DNA of 63,401 nt, the filler included, from Chlamydiia bacterium (GTDB taxonomy: Bacteria; Chlamydiota; Chlamydiia; Chlamydiales; FEN-1388), in assembly GCA_903848235.1 (NCBI GenBank). It is 3 parts of 3 records of this genome, joined end to end, with 100 filler letters (N's around TTAATTAATTAA, not from the genome) between each part and the next. Parts side by side here need not be neighbours in the genome. Positions count along the whole stretch, not along the records: positions 55,862 to 63,401 come from CAINFV010000185.1; 2 more parts are not named here. The stretch is one strand, 5' to 3'. The notes below the pieces were generated by a model. It saw only the letters and a program-made list of their open reading frames with translations. It searched no databases and was not told the origin of the DNA. The number at the start of each line of letters is the position of its first letter. Position 1 is the first letter of the stretch. Positions 58,675 through 63,401 of the stretch are shown one piece after another. A program made the translations under genes and the position numbers.

Positions 58675-59997
58675 ATGATTCTCATTCCTTTTATCATTGT
58701 TCTAGTCGTCTCAGTAGGCGCCAGCTTTTTCGCCTCGAAAAAAGAGGGCGATTTTTTCTTGGCCAGCCGGTCGATTCGCTGGCCGTTGTTACTTGGCACT
58801 TTCGTAGGAACGCAAGTCGGTGGAGGGTTTATCCTCGGCAATACCGATGCTTCGTGGAAGCTTGGGGCTTTCGGCTCACTCTACGGCGTTGGCCTCGCTC
58901 TTGGCATGCTTGGCCTTGGCCTCGGCTATGGCGCTCGCCTTCGGAAGCTTGGTGTAGCAACACTTCCAGGGTTACTCGAACAGCGCTATGACAGCCCGCT
59001 GCTCAAAAAAGCCGCTGCCCTTTTATCAATCCTCTCCCTCGGCGGCATTCTCATGTGCCAGGCCATTGGACTGAAGAAGTTCCTATGTTCGATGGGCTTT
59101 ACAAGCGAGTGGATCTATCTTCTCTCATGGGGAGTTGTCGTCTTTTATACCACATGCGGCGGGCTGCTCGCCGTCGTATGGACTGATGTCATCCAAGCTG
59201 TCGTCATGGTAGTCATGCTTGCCATCACGTTCTTCAGCGCTCTCCTTCCCCAATGGCCTGTGATTTCCACCCAGATGACATCAATGGGATATGGCATCGA
59301 TGGCAGTATCCTCGCCTCATTGGTCATTCCATTCTGTTTTATCTTCATAGAGCAGGACATGGCTCAGCGGTGCTTTGCGGCAAAAACGCCACAAGACGCC
59401 ACCAAAGGGTGCCTATACACAGCCGTCATCCTCATACTCCTCAGCGTAATCCCAACACTCTGCGGTATCTTGGGCAGAGCTATGAACCTCTCTCCTGAGA
59501 ATGGTTCGATTTTCATGCAGGTGATGAGGCAAGCGTCCAATCCCTTTGTCTTTGTCATGGCCTCTTCGGCGGTCTTATTAGCGATCATTTCAACGGCATC
59601 CGCCATTCTCCTCGCACTTAGTTCAAATGCAGCTCAAGATATGAGTCTCAGCCAGAAAAAAGGTCGGCTGATCACTCTTATCATTGGAAGCGGGGCTCTT
59701 CTTGGGCCCTATCTAGGAAGCGACATCATCACGTGGATGGTAGGAAGCTATGAGATCTCCGTAGGAGCGCTTTTTATCCCTATCGTCTGTGCCGTATTCA
59801 CAAAGAAGGCTACGCTGCCGCTGCAAGCAGCATGGGGAGCAGCTCTCTTAGGCTCAGCTGGCACCGTCATTGCACAACAGCTGTCAACCTCTCTTATAGG
59901 AGTAGCCATTCCCTTTATCCTATCGGCCTTAGGATTTGCGATTGGGTGGGGAGTCTTCAAGATACAGGATAGAAGATGTATTCCTAACCGTTGCTAA
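58675..59997 (+). CDS. Sodium:solute symporter (SSS) paralog 2, predicted His importer
   Basis: Colinear paralog of 56163-57482 with the same motifs; GGAG RBS. Confidence 0.9.
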   Translation: MILIPFIIVLVVSVGASFFASKKEGDFFLASRSIRWPLLLGTFVGTQVGGGFILGNTDASWKLGAFGSLYGVGLALGMLGLGLGYGARLRKLGVATLPGLLEQRYDSPLLKKAAALLSILSLGGILMCQAIGLKKFLCSMGFTSEWIYLLSWGVVVFYTTCGGLLAVVWTDVIQAVVMVVMLAITFFSALLPQWPVISTQMTSMGYGIDGSILASLVIPFCFIFIEQDMAQRCFAAKTPQDATKGCLYTAVILILLSVIPTLCGILGRAMNLSPENGSIFMQVMRQASNPFVFVMASSAVLLAIISTASAILLALSSNAAQDMSLSQKKGRLITLIIGSGALLGPYLGSDIITWMVGSYEISVGALFIPIVCAVFTKKATLPLQAAWGAALLGSAGTVIAQQLSTSLIGVAIPFILSALGFAIGWGVFKIQDRRCIPNRC

Positions 59998-60001
59998 CGT
60001 C

Positions 60002-60050
60002 CAGTAGGTAAGTTGTATACGTGAATTTGCGTGTACAACTTACTGTTTTT
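60002..60050 (+). terminator. Terminator after SSS2
   Basis: GTAAGTTGTATACG / CGTGTACAACTTAC stem followed by TGTTTTT. Confidence 0.6.
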
Positions 60051-60132
60051 ACGCAAATTGATGAATTAATTCAAATAATTTATCTCTGTGTTATACTGAC
60101 AAGTATAAGGAACAAAATAGGGGGAGGGCAGT

Positions 60133-60558
60133 ATGAACCGAGTCATTACAACAATTGCCATAACAATTCTTTTGTCACTCGTGGCCAGTCTTCCAGTTAG
60201 AATTCTTACGGCACAAGATGGGGATACCTCTCAATCATCACCATATTCAAGTCTGCAGGAAATTCCTTCTGACGTACCTGCGAATCCCTACAACAACTAT
60301 CCCTTCTTCAACAATCCATACCCAGACTACAATAACTATCCCGGATACTCCGGTGGATATTACAATGGATACTCAAACTACAACAACAGACCACAGAACT
60401 ACTACAACTCATACCAAAATAGATATTATCAAAACCGTCAAAGACCATCAAATTACTCAAATCCACAGTATCGTAATAATGGTCCCTATTCAGGGCAAAG
60501 AAGGGATGGGGCCTATGGTGGCGAACGCGGGGAAAGAGGAGACCGCGGGGGACGATAA
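60133..60558 (+). CDS. Secreted low-complexity N/Y/Q/P-rich protein with RGG-like tail
   Basis: GGAGG RBS, signal peptide, YNN/NPY repeats, GERGERGDRGGR C-terminus. Confidence 0.75.
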   Translation: MNRVITTIAITILLSLVASLPVRILTAQDGDTSQSSPYSSLQEIPSDVPANPYNNYPFFNNPYPDYNNYPGYSGGYYNGYSNYNNRPQNYYNSYQNRYYQNRQRPSNYSNPQYRNNGPYSGQRRDGAYGGERGERGDRGGR

Positions 60559-60642
60559 GGAACTAAAAAAGCAGCTCCCTCTCTTAAGTCGCTATCCTTT
60601 ACAATTCATCTCCATGCACCATTAGTCCCATAGGAAAAACAG

Positions 60643-61476
60643 GTGAAGTCATACGAACTTCTAGACAGCGGTCACGGAAGAAAATTAGAACGCTTTGGCC
60701 CTTATGTCCTCAGCCGGCCCTGCTCACAAGCCCTCTGGCAACCAGCGCTCTCCAAAGACCAGTGGGAAGCTGCCGACGCCACGTTCTCCAGAGAAGACAA
60801 AGAAGGCTGGCGCTCTGCTACTCCTCTTCCAGCGTCATGGGAAGTACAGATCGATGGCATGAAGATGCGCATCCAGCCAACAGACTTCGGTCATGTAGGG
60901 CTCTTCCCCGAACAGCGTCCTTTTTGGAATTCTATCCGCTCTCTTGTACAGCAACGGCCAGCACGCGTCCTCAACCTCTTTGCCTATTCAGGAGGAAGCA
61001 CCATTGCCGCAGCACAAGGCGGGGCCGAAGTCTGCCATCTTGACGCTTCAAAAGGCATGGTACAATGGGCGCGTGACAACGCTTCCATCAACAACCTCTC
61101 ATCAGCTCCCATACGATGGATCGTCGAAGATGTGACGAAATTTCTCAAACGCGAAGAGAAGAGAGGATCGCTCTACGATGGCATTATCCTCGACCCGCCA
61201 TCATTCGGACGCGGGGCAAAAGGAGAGGTTTTCAAGATCGAAGAGGAAGTAATACCGCTGCTCTCATACTGCCGCTCATGCCTGTCAACAACACCGCAGT
61301 TCATCCTCTTCTCCTGCCACACCCCTGGCTTCACCCCCATCACGCTCCACCACCTCCTCGAAGATGCTATGGACAACCTCAAAGGCACCCTCGAAACGGG
61401 GGAGATGGTTCTTTGCAACCCGGACAACGATGTCAGAGCTGTGCCCAGCGGCACCTATGCCCTTTGGAGAGCTTAA
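60643..61476 (+). CDS. SAM-dependent methyltransferase (RlmI/RlmK-like)
   Basis: YELLDSG..RKLERFG, GLFPEQ, VLNLFAYSGG, ILDPPSFGRG. Confidence 0.9.
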   Translation: MKSYELLDSGHGRKLERFGPYVLSRPCSQALWQPALSKDQWEAADATFSREDKEGWRSATPLPASWEVQIDGMKMRIQPTDFGHVGLFPEQRPFWNSIRSLVQQRPARVLNLFAYSGGSTIAAAQGGAEVCHLDASKGMVQWARDNASINNLSSAPIRWIVEDVTKFLKREEKRGSLYDGIILDPPSFGRGAKGEVFKIEEEVIPLLSYCRSCLSTTPQFILFSCHTPGFTPITLHHLLEDAMDNLKGTLETGEMVLCNPDNDVRAVPSGTYALWRA

Positions 61477-61477
61477 C

Positions 61478-62302
61478 ATGACATCTCCATCCCTTGTCAT
61501 CACAAGCACAGCAAACCCAAAGATAAAACAGGTCACCACCCTGCGCGATCGTCGTGACCGCGATGCCACAGGACTCTTTCTCATCGAAGGCTATCGAGAG
61601 GTTTCACGGGCTATCGCCGGCAATGTCGCCATCGAACAGCTCTTCTATTGCCCTGAGCTTTTCCTCGGCACCAACGAGCCAGAACTCCTCGCCACAGCAT
61701 CCTCCAGGGGCGCCAGTCTCATCCAAACGGCATCTCACATCTTCTCCAAGATCTCATACCGCGATCGCCCTGACGGCCTCCTTGCAGTAGCCAAAAAGAT
61801 GAACCTCACCCTCACCGACTTCCAAGAAAAACTCTCTTCCTCGCACCCACCCCTTATCGTCATCGCAGAGGCCATCGAAAAGCCTGGCAACCTAGGAACG
61901 ATTATACGCTCATCAGACGCCGCCGGCGTCGATCTCGTCATCGTTGCCAATGGCTGCACAGATATCTATAACCCCAACGTCGTCCGCGCCAGCGTCGGCA
62001 CGCTCTTCACCATCCCTGTCATCGAGACATCTAACGACGAAGCCCTCTCCTTCTGTCAGCGCCACCACATATCCCTCCTCGCCGCTACACCAGAAGGATC
62101 GGCTATCTACACCGACGTCCCTATGACAGAGCCCTTAGGAATTATCGTCGGCACAGAACAGCTGGGGCTGACTTCATTTTGGAAAAACGCCTGCCACACC
62201 CTCGTACGCATCCCCATGCATGGCGTCGCAGATTCTCTTAACGTCGCTATGGCGACAACACTCTTTCTCTTTGAGGCGGTCCGTCAACGTCATGTCACTT
62301 AA
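61478..62302 (+). CDS. TrmH/SpoU family RNA methyltransferase
   Basis: ITSTANPKIK, EKPGNLGTIIRS, GTEQLGL, IPM.G.ADSLNVA. Confidence 0.93.
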   Translation: MTSPSLVITSTANPKIKQVTTLRDRRDRDATGLFLIEGYREVSRAIAGNVAIEQLFYCPELFLGTNEPELLATASSRGASLIQTASHIFSKISYRDRPDGLLAVAKKMNLTLTDFQEKLSSSHPPLIVIAEAIEKPGNLGTIIRSSDAAGVDLVIVANGCTDIYNPNVVRASVGTLFTIPVIETSNDEALSFCQRHHISLLAATPEGSAIYTDVPMTEPLGIIVGTEQLGLTSFWKNACHTLVRIPMHGVADSLNVAMATTLFLFEAVRQRHVT

Positions 62303-62936
62303 TATTCTCTACGAAGATAACCATATTCTTGCCCTCAACAAACCTGCAGGGCTGCTCACACAACCAACAGACTCGTCACCAGACAGTCTTGAAACGAGGG
62401 CCAAAGCCTTCATTAAGGAGCGCGACAGCAAACCAGGAAATGTCTTTCTCCATGCTGTCCACCGCCTTGACAGCCATGCCAGCGGGATTGTTCTCTTCGC
62501 CAAAAGCCAAAAGGCACTCTCACGCCTCTCAGCAGCCATCCGAGAACAGCTCTTTCAAAAGGAGTACGTCGCCCTCGTCGAAGGTTCTTCACCTCCTTCC
62601 CTTGGCGTCGTCATCACCTTCCTCCACCATGGCGACCACCGCGCAGAAGTACTCCTCCCATCACACCCTCTTGCAAAACGCGCAGAGCTCGTCATCATCT
62701 CCTGCAATCCTCATGCCGCAAACCAATGGAAGCTCAATATCATTCTCGTCACAGGACGCTACCACCAGATACGAGCACAGCTTGCTGCCAACGGTTATCC
62801 CATCATCGGAGATTCAAAGTACGGGAGTACAACCCCCTTTGCCGAGAATGCCATCGCCCTCCACCATTCACAGCTGATCTTCCCGCACCCAACGCTGGAC
62901 AAAGAGATCTGCGTGGAGTGCGCTCCGCCATTTTAA
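62292..62936 (+). CDS. RluA-family pseudouridine synthase
   Basis: ILYEDNHILALNKPAG, HRLD..ASG, TGRYHQIR, PIIGDSKYG. Confidence 0.93.
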   Translation: MSLNILYEDNHILALNKPAGLLTQPTDSSPDSLETRAKAFIKERDSKPGNVFLHAVHRLDSHASGIVLFAKSQKALSRLSAAIREQLFQKEYVALVEGSSPPSLGVVITFLHHGDHRAEVLLPSHPLAKRAELVIISCNPHAANQWKLNIILVTGRYHQIRAQLAANGYPIIGDSKYGSTTPFAENAIALHHSQLIFPHPTLDKEICVECAPPF

Positions 62937-63070
62937 ATAACGATCGTTAGTTATTTTTTAATTAATAGACCTTACTAAATTGAATCGGCAATATATCAGA
63001 TTTATATTGACGCTCCGTTTTACTCACGATATAATTTTGTTGTTTATTATAAATAATATTGGAGCTAACC

Positions 63071-63328
63071 ATGAGCGTTTCTTACAATTTTGCAGTTTCG
63101 CCAGATGAAGCATATCGTCAAGGGAAACATCTACTGAAAAACCTATGTCTCCAGGAATCTGTTCCTGCAGCTAGGAAGGCAGGGATCCGATTTCTAAAAT
63201 CTGCAGCTCACAATGACCATCCACGCGCCCAGTTCGCCCTCGCAATGCAATATTTGCAAGGGGCTAGTAACTGCTCGATAAAATATGGACATATCTTGAC
63301 AAATCCACCCATTTTGTCCAAGTTTTAA
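63071..63328 (+). CDS. Short Sel1-like repeat protein, possibly truncated
   Basis: GGAG RBS; GIRFLKSAAHNDHPRAQFALAMQYLQG Sel1-like motif. Confidence 0.55.
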   Translation: MSVSYNFAVSPDEAYRQGKHLLKNLCLQESVPAARKAGIRFLKSAAHNDHPRAQFALAMQYLQGASNCSIKYGHILTNPPILSKF

Positions 63329-63401
63329 CTGGCAAAAAATCATAATGCACATCTCCAGATCAAAGCATTTTTGTTTTTTCGTGCTATAGTTCAAACAAAG
63401 A

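Overview
Chlamydiota (environmental chlamydia-like) genome segment. The assignment rests on SWIB-lpxG-truA-HAD synteny, the plant-like UGPase, and Inc-, LRR- and ankyrin-type effectors. It consists of three contigs joined by artificial 100-nt N-linkers (26408-26507, 55762-55861). Contig 1 has a secreted propeller+IPT/TIG protein, an apparently non-cleavable LexA, pssA, three large effector-like genes, a peptidase cluster and palindromic MITEs. Contig 2 has a decaying island at tRNA-Ile2(CAT) (integrase, YhcG, S9 pseudogene), housekeeping genes, an SH2-like repeat protein, and a Cmk-archease fusion facing rtcB. Contig 3 holds the top observation: two paralogous Na+:solute symporter genes, each preceded by an unannotated leader peptide of the same design. 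One ends WW-PR-stop and the other HH-RP-stop, each with the stop codon at the loop of a single hairpin followed by a pyrimidine-rich tract. This suggests Trp- and His-sensing ribosome-mediated attenuators controlling duplicated amino-acid importers. All product calls are by motif recognition; no searches were run.
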